Below are positions 52,093 through 64,000 of a stretch of 64,000 nt of DNA, piece after piece. Below the pieces are notes generated by a model that was not told the DNA's origin, made no database searches, and worked only from the letters and a program-made list of their open reading frames with translations. Origin of the DNA: an uncultured Bacillota bacterium. Its GTDB lineage: Bacteria > Sysuimicrobiota > Sysuimicrobiia > Sysuimicrobiales > Segetimicrobiaceae. The stretch is from contig CAWDRG010000009.1 of assembly GCA_963804645.1 (NCBI GenBank), positions 416,001 to 480,000 on the forward strand, given 5' to 3'. The position numbers were made by a program, and so were the translations under genes. The first letter of the stretch is position 1, and each line of letters starts with the position of its first letter.

Positions 52093-53688
52093 GTGATGGC
52101 CTCACGGGCGGCGGGGTGGAAGACGGCACTGATCGCAGTGTTGGTCGGCTGGCTCGTCGTGGGGTTTGGGTGGATGGGATCCTCCCTCGGATGGGCCGCC
52201 GCGCCGAAGACGTTCATCTGGGGCAAGTCCGGAGACGCGGACACGCTCGACATCGCCGTGAGCTCGAACGGCGAGGCCTTCGAAGTCGGGACCCAGATCT
52301 TCAACGTGCTGGTGCGAGCCAAGCCGGGGCGGACCGACGTCGAGCCGGACCTCGCGACGAGCTGGTCCGTGTCGCCGGACGGGCTGGTCTGGACGTTCAA
52401 GCTCCGCGAGGGGGTGACGTTCCAGGACGGCACGCCGTGGAACGCCGATGCCGCGAAGTTCAACATCGACCGCTGGTCGGAGCCCACGAACCCGTACCAC
52501 GCGGTGCAAGGACGCGACTACGGGTACTGGAACGATTTCATGGGCGCCACGGTCCTCGGGACCAGGGTGGTCGATCCGTACACGCTGCAGATCGTGCTGA
52601 AGCAGCCGAACGCCCCGCTGGTGAACAACCTTACGATCGTCACCTTCGGATTCAACAGCCCCGCGGCGATCAAGCAGTACGGCGTGCAGGGCATCGGCCA
52701 GCATCCGGTCGGCACCGGCCCGTACTCGCTCGTCGAATGGGTCCAAAACGACCACGTCACCCTGCAGGCGAACCCGAGCTATTTCCGGCGGGGACTGCCG
52801 AAGACCGAGCGTCTGATCATGCGGCCGATCACCGACAACGCGGCCCGGCTGCTCGCGCTAAAGTCCGGCGAGATCAACGCGATGGAAGGCCCCAATGTGG
52901 ACGACGTCAAGGCGATCCAGGCGGACCCGAATTACAAGCTGGTGTTCCGGCCGCCGTTCAGCACCGGGTGGGTGCGCTTCAACATGAACGTGGCACCGTT
53001 CACGGACAAGCGGTTGCGCCAGGCCGTCTCGGTGGCGATCAACCGGCAGGCGATCGTCCAGGGACTGTACGGAGACTTCGGCCAGCTCGCAGACCAGCAC
53101 ATGCCGCCGGGGATGTGGGGGCGCGGGCGCGTGCCGGCCATTCCGTATGATCCGGATCTCGCGAAGAAGCTGCTCGCGGAAGCGGGGTTCGCGAACGGCC
53201 TGTCGTTTGACTTCTGGTACCTGCCGTTCAACCGTCCCTACTTCCCGCAGAGCAAGGACATCGCGACCGCGATCGCGAGCGACCTCGGCAAAGTGGGGAT
53301 CCACGCCAATCTGATGACCGAGGACGTCGCGACGTACCTGCGCGACCGCAACACCAACAAGTTCCCGGCGTTCATGATCGGATGGATCGGCGACAATGGT
53401 GACCCCGACGACTGGCTCGGGTACTTCTTCCGGAAGTACGACGCGACCAACGCGTACTTCTCGTACAACAACCCGGCCGCGCTGGATCTGATCGCGAAGG
53501 CCAGCACGCTGACGGATCAGGCGCAGCGCGCGCGCATGTACGCGCAGGCGGAGGAGATCATCATGGCGGACTACCGGGACGTGCCCATCGCCTACGCCAA
53601 GCTTCCGCTGCTGCTGCAGAAGAACGTCGACGGCCTCGTGGGGCAGCCGTCGTCCATGGAATACATGGAGACCGTTGAGGTCAAATAG
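52093..53688 (+). CDS. family-5 ABC substrate-binding protein (DppA-like)
   Basis: Signal peptide, EPDLATSW, LREGVTFQDG, HPVGTGPY, WIGDNGDPD; intact ORF. Confidence 0.92.
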   Translation: MMASRAAGWKTALIAVLVGWLVVGFGWMGSSLGWAAAPKTFIWGKSGDADTLDIAVSSNGEAFEVGTQIFNVLVRAKPGRTDVEPDLATSWSVSPDGLVWTFKLREGVTFQDGTPWNADAAKFNIDRWSEPTNPYHAVQGRDYGYWNDFMGATVLGTRVVDPYTLQIVLKQPNAPLVNNLTIVTFGFNSPAAIKQYGVQGIGQHPVGTGPYSLVEWVQNDHVTLQANPSYFRRGLPKTERLIMRPITDNAARLLALKSGEINAMEGPNVDDVKAIQADPNYKLVFRPPFSTGWVRFNMNVAPFTDKRLRQAVSVAINRQAIVQGLYGDFGQLADQHMPPGMWGRGRVPAIPYDPDLAKKLLAEAGFANGLSFDFWYLPFNRPYFPQSKDIATAIASDLGKVGIHANLMTEDVATYLRDRNTNKFPAFMIGWIGDNGDPDDWLGYFFRKYDATNAYFSYNNPAALDLIAKASTLTDQAQRARMYAQAEEIIMADYRDVPIAYAKLPLLLQKNVDGLVGQPSSMEYMETVEVK

Positions 53689-53723
53689 CGTCTGGGTGGT
53701 CTGGTCGTGGGTGACGTGGGAGT

Positions 53724-53978
53724 CTACTGGGGGCTCGTGGATCGAGAAACGAACACGAGGTCTTCGTAATCCGCTAGGTCACTCTCAGCCAGAAACAGAC
53801 GCCCAAACGCCTTGGGCTCGGCGATCATTATGCCCCGCCGGTATTCCTTCGTTGGCCAGTCCCGGGGGTTCGTTTCGCCGTCGAGTACAAGTTCAACGTG
53901 ACCTGGTTCGCCGTGAAGGAGCACGCGATCGCCCTTCCTGATTTCATCCCCGGATCGATACACGAGCGGAGCGGCCAT
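53724..53978 (-). CDS. small hypothetical protein
   Basis: 84-aa ORF (Y.SGDEIRKGDRVL) with GAGGG SD; no recognised family. Confidence 0.5.
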   Translation of the reverse strand: MAAPLVYRSGDEIRKGDRVLLHGEPGHVELVLDGETNPRDWPTKEYRRGIMIAEPKAFGRLFLAESDLADYEDLVFVSRSTSPQ

Positions 53979-54175
53979 GCAGCCCTCGTTTGGAGTGTGT
54001 CATCAGCCATGCCGCTACGTCTCACCATCACTCCCCGGTTCGAAACCCGCGACCGTGTGTCCTCGCGCAATCACGTCGACGACCCCGGCGGCGAGGTCGT
54101 CGGGTGTTTCACACCCCCCCACTGTCGGCGGGCCCCTGGGCTTGACGCGTTGTGTTATAGTAGGTGCTACCAAAC

Positions 54176-54460
54176 CCGATGACCGGGGATAGTACGACGG
54201 GGAGCGACCCCAAGAGACCCGCGTGACATGGTGGAAGCGCGGGGGGCGGCCTCGGACGGAATGGACCCGTGAGGGGCGGACCGAAAGACGGCAGGACGCC
54301 GCCGAGTAGTCGCCGCCGGACTTCTCCACCGTAACCAGGAGGCGGGATCGAGCCTGTGTGTGCGGCTCTGTCTCTGTCGAGCGGCCCCGGGCGACCGGGG
54401 AACTGGGGTGGTACCGCGGGTGGATCGAGCCTCCCGTCCCGAAAGGGCGGGGGGTTTTTG
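54176..54460 (+). ncRNA. T-box riboswitch, Trp specifier
   Basis: GATGA GA-motif, AGTA, AGAGA AG-box, GGTGGAA distal loop, specifier GAA-TGG-A (54259-54265), second AGTA box, T-box AACTGGGGTGGTACCGCG (54401-54418). Confidence 0.92.
54430..54460 (+). terminator. intrinsic terminator of the T-box leader
   Basis: CCTCCCGTCCC-GAAA-GGGCGGGGGG stem followed by TTTTT; left arm alternatively pairs with the T-box (antiterminator). Confidence 0.88.
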
Positions 54461-54489
54461 TGTCTGTCCGCGAGCGAGGAGGAGGCGCG

Positions 54490-55512
54490 ATGATCGTGGT
54501 GCTCGGAGCGGGACATACGAAGAGCGACTGCGAGGCGGTCGTCCGGAAGATCGAGGACGCCGGGCTGCGCTCGCAGGTGGTCGAGGGGGTCGAGCGGACC
54601 ATCGTCGGTGTCGTTGGCGACAGCCACACGAAGGAACTGCTGCGCGAGGGCCTCGAGGTGATGAACGGCGTGGAGAGCGTCGTGCGCATCCTGCAGCCCT
54701 ACAAGCTCGTCAGCCGCGAATTTCACGGCGGCAAGGACACGACGGTCTGGGTGCGCGACGTCGCGATCGGCGGCGGCCGCGTCGTGGTCATAGCGGGGCC
54801 CTGTTCCGTGGAAACGCGCGACCAGGTGCTGCAGACCGCCCGGGCCGTGAAGCTCGCCGGAGCCCAGCTGCTGCGCGGGGGCGCGTTCAAGCCCCGCACG
54901 TCTCCCTACTCGTTCCAGGGGCTCGAAGAGGAGGCGCTCAAGATCCTCGCGGAGGCGCGCGATGAGACCGGACTTCCGGTGGTCACCGAAGCGATGGACA
55001 ACCGCCAGCTCGATCTCGTGGTGAAGTACGCCGACATGATCCAGCTCGGCGCCCGCAACATGCAGAACTACACGCTGCTGCGCGACGCCGGTCAGACCGG
55101 CCATCCCGTGATGCTGAAGCGCGGCCCGAGCGCCACCATCGAGGAGATGCTGCTCGCGGCCGAATACATCATGGCCGAGGGCAATCCCAACGTCGTGCTG
55201 TGCGAGCGCGGCATCCGGACGTTCGAGACCTACACGCGGTTCACACTCGACCTGAACGCGGTGCCGGTGCTGAAGCGGCTGAGCCACCTCCCAGTGATCG
55301 TCGATCCCTCTCAAGGCACGGGAAAGTGGAACCTCGTGACGCCGATGGCGCGGGCCGCGGTCGCCGCGGGCGCGGACGGGCTGCTCGTCGAGGTGCACCC
55401 CGAGCCCGACAAGGCGCTGAGCGACGGGCCGCAGCAGCTCACCCCGCAGAACTTCGCCGTGCTGATGCAGGAGCTCGACGCGATCGCGCTCGCGGTCGGG
55501 CGGAGGGTGTGA
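54490..55512 (+). CDS. aroF: DAHP synthase type I-beta with N-terminal ACT-like regulatory domain
   Basis: [51 protein letters not shown]. Confidence 0.95.
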   Translation: MIVVLGAGHTKSDCEAVVRKIEDAGLRSQVVEGVERTIVGVVGDSHTKELLREGLEVMNGVESVVRILQPYKLVSREFHGGKDTTVWVRDVAIGGGRVVVIAGPCSVETRDQVLQTARAVKLAGAQLLRGGAFKPRTSPYSFQGLEEEALKILAEARDETGLPVVTEAMDNRQLDLVVKYADMIQLGARNMQNYTLLRDAGQTGHPVMLKRGPSATIEEMLLAAEYIMAEGNPNVVLCERGIRTFETYTRFTLDLNAVPVLKRLSHLPVIVDPSQGTGKWNLVTPMARAAVAAGADGLLVEVHPEPDKALSDGPQQLTPQNFAVLMQELDAIALAVGRRV

Positions 55513-55519
55513 CGGTCCG

Positions 55520-56380
55520 ATGCCCCTGTTCGGCCGCGTGACGGTCATCGGCGTGGGCCTAGTCGGCGGCTCGCTCGGGATGGCCGTGCGCCGCCGCGGC
55601 CTGGCCGGCGAGGTCGTCGGGGTGGCACGCGTCCTCGAGACGATCGCCGCGGCCACCCAGCGGGGCGCGATCCATTGGGGGACGCTCGATCCCACGGACG
55701 GCGTCCCCGATGCCGACCTCGTCGTGCTCGCGACGCCCCCGGAGCGCGTCATCCCGATGGCGCGGCGGGTGCTGCCGCTCCTCAAGCACGGCGCAATCCT
55801 CACCGACGTCGCGAGCGTGAAAACGGAGATCGTCCGGTCGGTGGAGCCGCTGGTGCGGCCCAACAGCGGCGTCGTCTTTCTCGGCGGCCATCCGATGGCC
55901 GGGAACGAGGGCCGCGGGATCGGCGCGGCCTCGCCCGATCTGTTTGAGGGGACGATGTATCTCATCACGCCGACCGCGCGCACCAACCCGGCGGCGGTCG
56001 AGCGCCTGTCGGAATTCGCGGGCGCGCTCGGCGCGACCCCGATCGTCATGGAGCCGGCCGAGCACGACCGCGTGGTGGCGGTGGTCAGCCACCTTCCCTA
56101 TTTGATCGCGGCCGCGCTGATGGCCATCGCGAGCGGCGGCGCCGAGCGGGCGGCCGGGCCGTCGTTCTTGGGCGCGACGCGCGTCGCCGGGAGCTCGATC
56201 GACATGTGGACCCAGATCTGCCGGCTCAACCGCGACGCCATCACGGACGCGGTCAAGGCGTTCCAGTCGCGGCTCGGCGAGCTCGAGGGTGCGCTCGCGG
56301 ACCCGGAGCGCCTCGGCGCCATGCTCGCGCGCGCCGGTGAGGCGCGCGCGCAGGTCGACGCCGCGCGGCGCGTCGAGTAG
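55520..56380 (+). CDS. tyrA: prephenate/arogenate dehydrogenase
   Basis: IGVGLVGGS, DVASVK, GGHPMAG.E, EHDR....VSHLP, TRVA. Confidence 0.92.
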   Translation: MPLFGRVTVIGVGLVGGSLGMAVRRRGLAGEVVGVARVLETIAAATQRGAIHWGTLDPTDGVPDADLVVLATPPERVIPMARRVLPLLKHGAILTDVASVKTEIVRSVEPLVRPNSGVVFLGGHPMAGNEGRGIGAASPDLFEGTMYLITPTARTNPAAVERLSEFAGALGATPIVMEPAEHDRVVAVVSHLPYLIAAALMAIASGGAERAAGPSFLGATRVAGSSIDMWTQICRLNRDAITDAVKAFQSRLGELEGALADPERLGAMLARAGEARAQVDAARRVE

Positions 56381-56391
56381 GAGCGGAACCG

Positions 56392-57870
56392 ATGGCGCGC
56401 GCGGTGGTGCTGGAACCTGGGGTGGCGGAGTTCGACCGGCGGGCACGCGAGGGCAACCTCGTCCCGGTGTCGTGCGAGGTGCTCGCCGATCTGGACACCC
56501 CGATCTCCGCGTTCATGCGCCTCAGGCACCTGCCCCACGCCTTTCTGCTCGAAAGTATCGAGGGCAGCGAGAAGGTCGCGCGGTACTCGTTCCTCGGCGG
56601 GGACCCGTCGCTGACGCTGCGCGCCACGCTCGACGGCGTCGAGATCACAGAGGGCGGCGTCGCGCGGCGCGTCGCCCAGGACCCGCTCGAGGCCGCGCGC
56701 GAGATTCTGCGCCGCTATCGACCGGTGCAGGATCCGACGCTGCCGCGGTTCTACGGCGGGCTCGTCGGCGCGTTCTCGTACGACCTGATTCGCACGATCG
56801 AACACCTGCCCCACCGCCCCCCCGACGACCGCGGCTTTCCGATCCTCGAGCTGTCCCTCGCCGACACCGTTGTCATCTTCGACCACGCGCGGCCCCGGCT
56901 CCGGATCGTGGCGAACGCGTTCGTGGAGGACGGCGCCGAGCGCGCGTACCGCGCGGCGCGGGAGCGGATCGAGGCGTGGGTGGAGCTCCTTCGGCGGCCG
57001 TTGCCCGAGGCGCCCCCCTCGCAGCCGCGGGCGCTGCCGCTCCGCTCGAACATGACGCGGGAGCGCTACCTGGCGGCGATCCGGCGGTGCCGCGAGTACA
57101 TTCACGCCGGCGACGCGTTTCAGATCGTGTTCTCGCAGCGGTTCGCCCAGGAGATCGGGGACCTCGACCCGCTCGCGATCTATCGCGCGCTCCGGATGCT
57201 CAATCCCTCGCCGTTCATGTTCTATCTCGGGGGCGGCGACGGCACGCTGGTCGGCGCGTCCCCGGAGCTGCTCGTGCGGCTCGAGGGGGATCTCGTCGAG
57301 ATGCGGCCGATCGCGGGCACGCGCCGCCGCGGCCTGACCGACGCCGAGGACCAGGCACTCGCCGACGAACTGCTCGCGGACGAGAAGGAGCGGGCGGAGC
57401 ACGTGATGCTCGTCGACCTGACCCGCAACGACGTCGGGCGCATCTCGCGCTTCGGGACCGTGCGGGTGCCCGAGCTGATGACGGTGGAGCGCTACTCGCA
57501 CGTGATGCACATCGTGAGCCTCGTGCAGGGCCGCCTCAGCCCCGGGCGGGACGCGTTCGACGTGCTGCGCGCGGTGTTCCCACACGGCACGGTGAGCGGC
57601 GCGCCCAAGGTGCGGGCGATGGAGATCCTCGACGAGCTGGAGCCCACCGCGCGCGGACCGTACGCGGGCGCGGTCGGGTATGTCGGCTTCGGCGGCGCGC
57701 TCGACACGTGCATCGCGATCCGGACGCTCGCGATCAAGGACGGCACTGCGTACGTCCAGGCCGGCGGGGGGATCGTCGCGGATTCGGTGCCGGAGAGCGA
57801 GTACGACGAAACGATCAACAAAGCGAAGGCGCTGATTCGCGCGATCGAGATAGCGGCGCGGGGCCTGTAG
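56392..57870 (+). CDS. trpE: anthranilate synthase component I
   Basis: [49 protein letters not shown]. Confidence 0.96.
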   Translation: MARAVVLEPGVAEFDRRAREGNLVPVSCEVLADLDTPISAFMRLRHLPHAFLLESIEGSEKVARYSFLGGDPSLTLRATLDGVEITEGGVARRVAQDPLEAAREILRRYRPVQDPTLPRFYGGLVGAFSYDLIRTIEHLPHRPPDDRGFPILELSLADTVVIFDHARPRLRIVANAFVEDGAERAYRAARERIEAWVELLRRPLPEAPPSQPRALPLRSNMTRERYLAAIRRCREYIHAGDAFQIVFSQRFAQEIGDLDPLAIYRALRMLNPSPFMFYLGGGDGTLVGASPELLVRLEGDLVEMRPIAGTRRRGLTDAEDQALADELLADEKERAEHVMLVDLTRNDVGRISRFGTVRVPELMTVERYSHVMHIVSLVQGRLSPGRDAFDVLRAVFPHGTVSGAPKVRAMEILDELEPTARGPYAGAVGYVGFGGALDTCIAIRTLAIKDGTAYVQAGGGIVADSVPESEYDETINKAKALIRAIEIAARGL

Positions 57871-57883
57871 GCGGGAGACGGCG

Positions 57884-58525
<642 letters not shown>

Positions 58526-58529
58526 GGCC

Positions 58530-59546
58530 ATGCCGCTCCGCCATTCGATCGCGCGGGTCGCCGCGCACGAGCGCCTGACCGAGGCCGAGGCGCACGACGC
58601 GATGGCGCTGATCATGGACGGCGAGGCGACCCCGGCGCAGATCGCCGCGTTCATCACCGCGCTCGCGATGCGCGGCGAGACGGTCGAGGAGATCACCGGG
58701 TTTGCGCGGGCGATGCGCGAGCACGCGGTCGTGATTACGCCGGCGGTTAAGCATCTGGTCGACGTGGTCGGGACCGGCGGCGACCGGCTCAACACGTTCA
58801 ACATCTCCACCACGACCGCGTTCGTGATCGCGGGGGCCGGCGCCCACGTCGCGAAGCACGGCAACCGCGCGGCGAGCAGCCGCAGCGGCAGCGCCGACGT
58901 GCTCGAGGCGCTCGGCGTCAACATCACCGTGTCGCCCGATGTCGTCCAGGCGTGCGTCGAGGAGATCGGGGTCGGGTACTTGTTCGCCCCGCAGTTTCAC
59001 CCGGCGTTCAGGCACGCGGTGGTCCCGCGCCGGGAGATCGCGATCCGGACCGTGTTCAACATTCTCGGCCCGCTGACGAATCCCGCCCGCGCGACCCGCT
59101 ACCTGATGGGCGTGCCCACCGCGGCGCACACGGAAGTGATGGCGCGGGTGCTCGCCGGCCTCGGCGGGGAGCGCGCGTTCGTCGTGCACGGGCACGACGG
59201 GATGGATGAGATCTCGCTGACGGGTCCGACCCAGGTCTCGGAGATGTCCGGCGGCGGGGTGCGGACGTATACGATCACTCCCGAGGAATTCGGGCTCGCG
59301 CGCGCGTCGCTCGACGCGCTGCGGGGCGGCACGCCCCAGGAGAACGCCGAGATTACGGTGGGGATCCTGCAGGGCGAGCGCGGGCCGAGGCGCGACATCG
59401 TGCTGCTGAACGCCGGCACCGCGCTCGTGGCCGCCGGGATCGCCGCGACCGTGGCGGAGGGCTTGGCGCGCGCGGAGGAGAGCCTCGGCTCCGGCGCGGC
59501 CTACGCGAAGCTCGAGGCGCTCCGCCTCCGGACGAAGTTCGCGTGA
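58530..59546 (+). CDS. trpD: anthranilate phosphoribosyltransferase
   Basis: GTGGD, NIST, KHGNRAASS.SGSAD, RTVFNILGPL.NP. Confidence 0.97.
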   Translation: MPLRHSIARVAAHERLTEAEAHDAMALIMDGEATPAQIAAFITALAMRGETVEEITGFARAMREHAVVITPAVKHLVDVVGTGGDRLNTFNISTTTAFVIAGAGAHVAKHGNRAASSRSGSADVLEALGVNITVSPDVVQACVEEIGVGYLFAPQFHPAFRHAVVPRREIAIRTVFNILGPLTNPARATRYLMGVPTAAHTEVMARVLAGLGGERAFVVHGHDGMDEISLTGPTQVSEMSGGGVRTYTITPEEFGLARASLDALRGGTPQENAEITVGILQGERGPRRDIVLLNAGTALVAAGIAATVAEGLARAEESLGSGAAYAKLEALRLRTKFA

Positions 59547-59580
59547 CGGCTGTGCGCGCGGCGGGCGAGAGGTAACGCGG

Positions 59581-60360
59581 ATGGGCGTGCTGCAGGAGAT
59601 CGTGGCCCACAAGCGCGAGGAGCTCGCCGCCCGCCGGGCCCGCGTGCCGTTCGACGAGGTGCGCCGCCGCGCCGCCGATGCGCCGCCCGCCCGGCCGTTT
59701 CTCGCGGCCGTCACGCGGCCGCCGCTGCGGCTGATCGCGGAGGTCAAAGGCGCGTCCCCGTCCGCGGGGACGATCCGGCCCGAGTTCGATCCGGCGGCCG
59801 TCGCCCGCCTCTACGCCGACAACGGAGCTGCGGCGATCTCGGTGCTGACGGACGCGCGGTTCTTCCGGGGCGAGGACGGGCATCTCGTCGCGGTCCGGCG
59901 CGCGGTCGCGGTGCCGGTGCTCCGGAAAGACTTCGTGCTCGACGCGTACCAGGTGCACGAGGCGCGCGCGATCGGCGCGGACGCGGTGCTGCTCATCGTC
60001 GCGATCTTGGACGACGGGCGGCTGCGCGATCTCGCGGGGCTCGCCGGGGATCTCGGGATGGCGGCGCTCGTCGAGGCGCACTCCGAGGCCGAGCTTTCGC
60101 GGGCGCTCGGGGCGCGCCCGGTGCTGGTCGGCATCAACAATCGCAACCTGGATACGCTGACGACGAGCCTCGAGGTGACCCGCCGCCTGCGGCCGCTCGT
60201 GCCGCCGGGCATCGTGGTCGTGGGTGAAAGCGGGGTGGAGGAACGCGCGCACGTCGAGGAGATGGACCGGCTCGGCGTCGACGCGATCCTCGTCGGCACG
60301 GCGCTGATGCGGGCGGCCGATCCCGCCGCCCGTGTGCGGGAACTGCTCGGACGAGCGTGA
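59581..60360 (+). CDS. trpC: indole-3-glycerol phosphate synthase
   Basis: IAEVK.ASPS.G, SVLTD, LRKDF, GINNRNL, ESG. Confidence 0.96.
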   Translation: MGVLQEIVAHKREELAARRARVPFDEVRRRAADAPPARPFLAAVTRPPLRLIAEVKGASPSAGTIRPEFDPAAVARLYADNGAAAISVLTDARFFRGEDGHLVAVRRAVAVPVLRKDFVLDAYQVHEARAIGADAVLLIVAILDDGRLRDLAGLAGDLGMAALVEAHSEAELSRALGARPVLVGINNRNLDTLTTSLEVTRRLRPLVPPGIVVVGESGVEERAHVEEMDRLGVDAILVGTALMRAADPAARVRELLGRA

Positions 60361-60371
60361 GGGAGGCGGGC

Positions 60372-61442
<1,071 letters not shown>

Positions 61443-61471
61443 GGCCCGTCGACTCGGCCCGGGACACTGCG

Positions 61472-62101
61472 ATGGTGCGCGTCAAGATCTGCGGCATCCG
61501 GAGGCCCGAGGACGCGCACGCGGCCGTGGCGGCCGGGGCGAGCGCGATCGGCCTCAACTTCTGGCGGCCCGGCCGGCGGTACGTCCCGCCGGAGGTGGCG
61601 CGCGCGATCGCCCGGGCGCTGCCGCCGTTTGTCTCGAAGGTGGGGGTGTTTGCCGACGAGGACGCGGACGTGATCCAGAAGATCGCGGATCTCTGCGGGC
61701 TCGACCTGCTGCAGCTGCACGGGGCGGAGAGCCCGGAGTTTTGCCTCGGGTTCGACCGGCCGGTGATCAAGGGGATCAAGATGCGGGACGAGGGGAGCCT
61801 CCGCCAGCTCGAGCGGTACCGCGTGGCGGCGTTTCTCCTCGACACGCACGTGCCGGGCGAGATGGGCGGGACCGGACGGGTGTTTGACTGGACGCTCGCC
61901 GCGCGCGCGGCGAGCGCCGGCCCGGTGATCCTTTCCGGCGGCCTCACGGCGGAGAACGTCACCGACGCGATTCGGGCGGCGCGGCCGTACGCGGTCGACG
62001 TGGCATCCGGCGTGGAGACCGACGGGGCGAAGGATCCCGCGAAGATTCGCGCGTTCGTCGCCCGCGTGATGGAATGGAATTCTGCGGAGGTGCGGTCATG
62101 A
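61472..62101 (+). CDS. trpF: phosphoribosylanthranilate isomerase
   Basis: [31 protein letters not shown]. Confidence 0.96.
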   Translation: MVRVKICGIRRPEDAHAAVAAGASAIGLNFWRPGRRYVPPEVARAIARALPPFVSKVGVFADEDADVIQKIADLCGLDLLQLHGAESPEFCLGFDRPVIKGIKMRDEGSLRQLERYRVAAFLLDTHVPGEMGGTGRVFDWTLAARAASAGPVILSGGLTAENVTDAIRAARPYAVDVASGVETDGAKDPAKIRAFVARVMEWNSAEVRS

Positions 62102-63315
62102 CGGCACAGAGTCCGGCGGGCGCGCCGCCGAGAGGACGGTTCGGGCCGTACGGGGGCCGGTACGTGCCGGAGACGCTGATCCCCGCGCTGGAGGAACTGG
62201 AGGCGGCGCACGACGAGGCGCGCCGCGACCCCGCGTTTCAGACCCAGCTCACCTACTATCTGCGCCAGTTCTGCGGGCGCCCCACCCCGCTGTACCTGGC
62301 GCGCCGCCTCACCGAGGCGTACGGCGGCGCCCGCATCTACCTCAAGCGCGAGGACCTGCTGCACACGGGCGCCCACAAGATCAACAACACGGTCGGCCAG
62401 GTGCTGCTCGCCGTCCGGATGGGCAAGCGCCGCATCATCGCGGAGACGGGCGCCGGTCAGCACGGCGTCGCCACCGCGGCGACGGCCGCGGCGTTCGGCC
62501 TGCCGTGCGACGTGTACATGGGGTCGGAGGACGTGGAGCGGCAGGCCCTCAACGTGTTCCGCATGCGCCTGCTGGGCACGCGGGTGATCTCGGTGGAGGG
62601 CGGCAGCCGGACCCTCAAAGATGCGATCAACGAGGCGCTGCGGGACTGGGTGACGAACGTGCGCGACACGTTCTACGTGTTCGGCACGGTGGCGGGGCCG
62701 CACCCGTACCCCACGATCGTCCGCGACTTCCACGCGGTCATCGGCGCCGAAGCGCGCGAGCAGATCCTGGCTGCGGAGGGGCGGCTTCCGGACTGTTTGG
62801 TAGCGTGCGTCGGAGGCGGCAGCAACGCGATGGGCCTGTTCCACGCGTTCCTGGGCGACCCCGGCGTCGCGATCGTCGGGGTGGAGGCGGGCGGCCGCGG
62901 TCTCGCGAGCGGCGCGCACGCGGCGTCGCTGAGCGCCGGCAGCCCGGGCGTGCTGCACGGTGCCTACAGTTACCTGCTGCAGGACGACGGGGGCCAGGTC
63001 GTCCCGACCCATTCGATCTCGGCGGGGCTCGACTACCCGGGCGTCGGGCCGCAGCACTCGTACCTCAAGGACACCGGACGCGCCCGCTACGTTTCGGTGA
63101 CGGATCAGGAGGCGCTCGAGGCGTTTCACCAGCTGTGCCGGATCGAGGGGATTCTGCCGGCCCTCGAGTCGTCCCACGCGCTGGCCTACCTCAAGACGCT
63201 CGCGCCGGCACTCGGGCGCGACAAGGTCATCATCGTCAACCTGAGCGGCCGCGGCGACAAGGACGTCCACATCGTCGCCCAGGCGATGGGCGAAGACCTG
63301 GGAGCGCACCGATGA
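62098..63315 (+). CDS. trpB: tryptophan synthase beta chain
   Basis: [51 protein letters not shown]. Confidence 0.98.
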   Translation: MTAQSPAGAPPRGRFGPYGGRYVPETLIPALEELEAAHDEARRDPAFQTQLTYYLRQFCGRPTPLYLARRLTEAYGGARIYLKREDLLHTGAHKINNTVGQVLLAVRMGKRRIIAETGAGQHGVATAATAAAFGLPCDVYMGSEDVERQALNVFRMRLLGTRVISVEGGSRTLKDAINEALRDWVTNVRDTFYVFGTVAGPHPYPTIVRDFHAVIGAEAREQILAAEGRLPDCLVACVGGGSNAMGLFHAFLGDPGVAIVGVEAGGRGLASGAHAASLSAGSPGVLHGAYSYLLQDDGGQVVPTHSISAGLDYPGVGPQHSYLKDTGRARYVSVTDQEALEAFHQLCRIEGILPALESSHALAYLKTLAPALGRDKVIIVNLSGRGDKDVHIVAQAMGEDLGAHR

Positions 63316-64000
63316 CCGGGGTGCGCGCGGCCGGCCGTCAGGACGCCGCCCGCAACCGGCTGGTGCGCGCGCTCGCGGCCCGCCGGGCCGAAGGGCGCAA
63401 GGCGTTGATCCCGTACATCATGGCGGGAGATCCGGATGAGGCCGCGACCGAGCGCCTCGTTGGGATGCTGGCGGAGGCCGGCGCGGACGCCGTCGAGCTC
63501 GGCGTGCCGTTCAGCGACCCGATCGCGGACGGCCCGGTCAACCAGCGCGCCGGGTTTCGCGCCCTCGGGCGCGGCATGAGCCTGGGGCGCGCGCTCGACC
63601 TGGTCGCGCGCATCCGCCGGAACGTCGAGGTGCCGCTACTGTTCATGACCTACTACAACCTGTTCCTGCACCGCGGGCTCGCGAGGTTCTGCCGGGAGGC
63701 CGTGGACGCGGGGCTCGACGGCGTGATCACCGCGGACCTCCCGCCGGAGGACGGCGGCGACATGGCCGCTGCGGCCGGCGCGGCGGGGCTGGCCACTGTG
63801 TTCCTGCTCGCGCCGACCAGCACCGAGGAGCGCATCCGGACGGTCGCCGGGGTCTCCACGGGCTTCATCTACTGTGTCTCGCGCACCGGCGTGACCGGCG
63901 TCCGCGACGAAGTGCCGCCGGAGCTCGGGGCGCTCGTCCGTCGGATCAAGGCGGAAACCGAGACGCCGGTGTGCGTCGGCTTCGGCATCAGCCGTCCTAG
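63312..64000 (+). CDS. trpA: tryptophan synthase alpha chain (3' truncated by window edge)
   Basis: ATGA coupling at 63312; [43 protein letters not shown]. Confidence 0.96.
   Translation, partial: MTGVRAAGRQDAARNRLVRALAARRAEGRKALIPYIMAGDPDEAATERLVGMLAEAGADAVELGVPFSDPIADGPVNQRAGFRALGRGMSLGRALDLVARIRRNVEVPLLFMTYYNLFLHRGLARFCREAVDAGLDGVITADLPPEDGGDMAAAAGAAGLATVFLLAPTSTEERIRTVAGVSTGFIYCVSRTGVTGVRDEVPPELGALVRRIKAETETPVCVGFGISRP

Noticed and set aside
53694..53735. Potential G-quadruplex from four GGG tracts
   Set aside because: Long irregular loops; expected by chance at this GC content
54033..54050. GGTTCGAAACC as a tRNA T-arm remnant or attachment site
   Set aside because: T-stem pairs for only 2 bp, with no acceptor stem/CCA and no integrase nearby

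Overview
High-GC bacterial chromosome window containing the replication origin. Left to right: a TetR-controlled SsuA/NitT-type ABC transporter, assorted enzymes, a pdxS/pdxT operon with a divergent MocR (PdxR-like) regulator, then the origin cluster (parB with an internal perfect parS, parA, rsmG, jag, yidC, yidD, rnpA, rpmH // DnaA-box cluster, an unexpected GHKL-ATPase + winged-helix gene, dnaA, a second DnaA-box cluster with DnaA-trios and an AT-rich unwinding element, dnaN, yaaA, recF, dciA-like DUF721, remB, gyrB, gyrA). Next come a shikimate operon (aroE, aroC, aroK-aroB fusion, aroQ, aroH, aroA), a cofG-cofH FO-synthase pair coupled to a DSD1-family PLP enzyme, a heavily frameshifted peptide-ABC/M14-peptidase region (probably consensus errors), and a Trp-specifier T-box riboswitch ahead of aroF-tyrA-trpE-G-D-C-S-F-B-A (trpA runs off the end). 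The T-box, Bacillus-like oriC layout and high GC suggest a Terrabacteria lineage such as Armatimonadota or CSP1-3 (inference only). The best candidate for an undescribed system is the stand-alone GHKL-wHTH gene sitting inside the bipartite oriC and apparently co-transcribed with dnaA. A 23-bp operator-like palindrome lies upstream of it, and an 11-bp motif is shared between oriC and the gyrB promoter. parA and rnpA appear to start at ACG and CTG. All product calls come from motif recognition by eye; no database searches were run.
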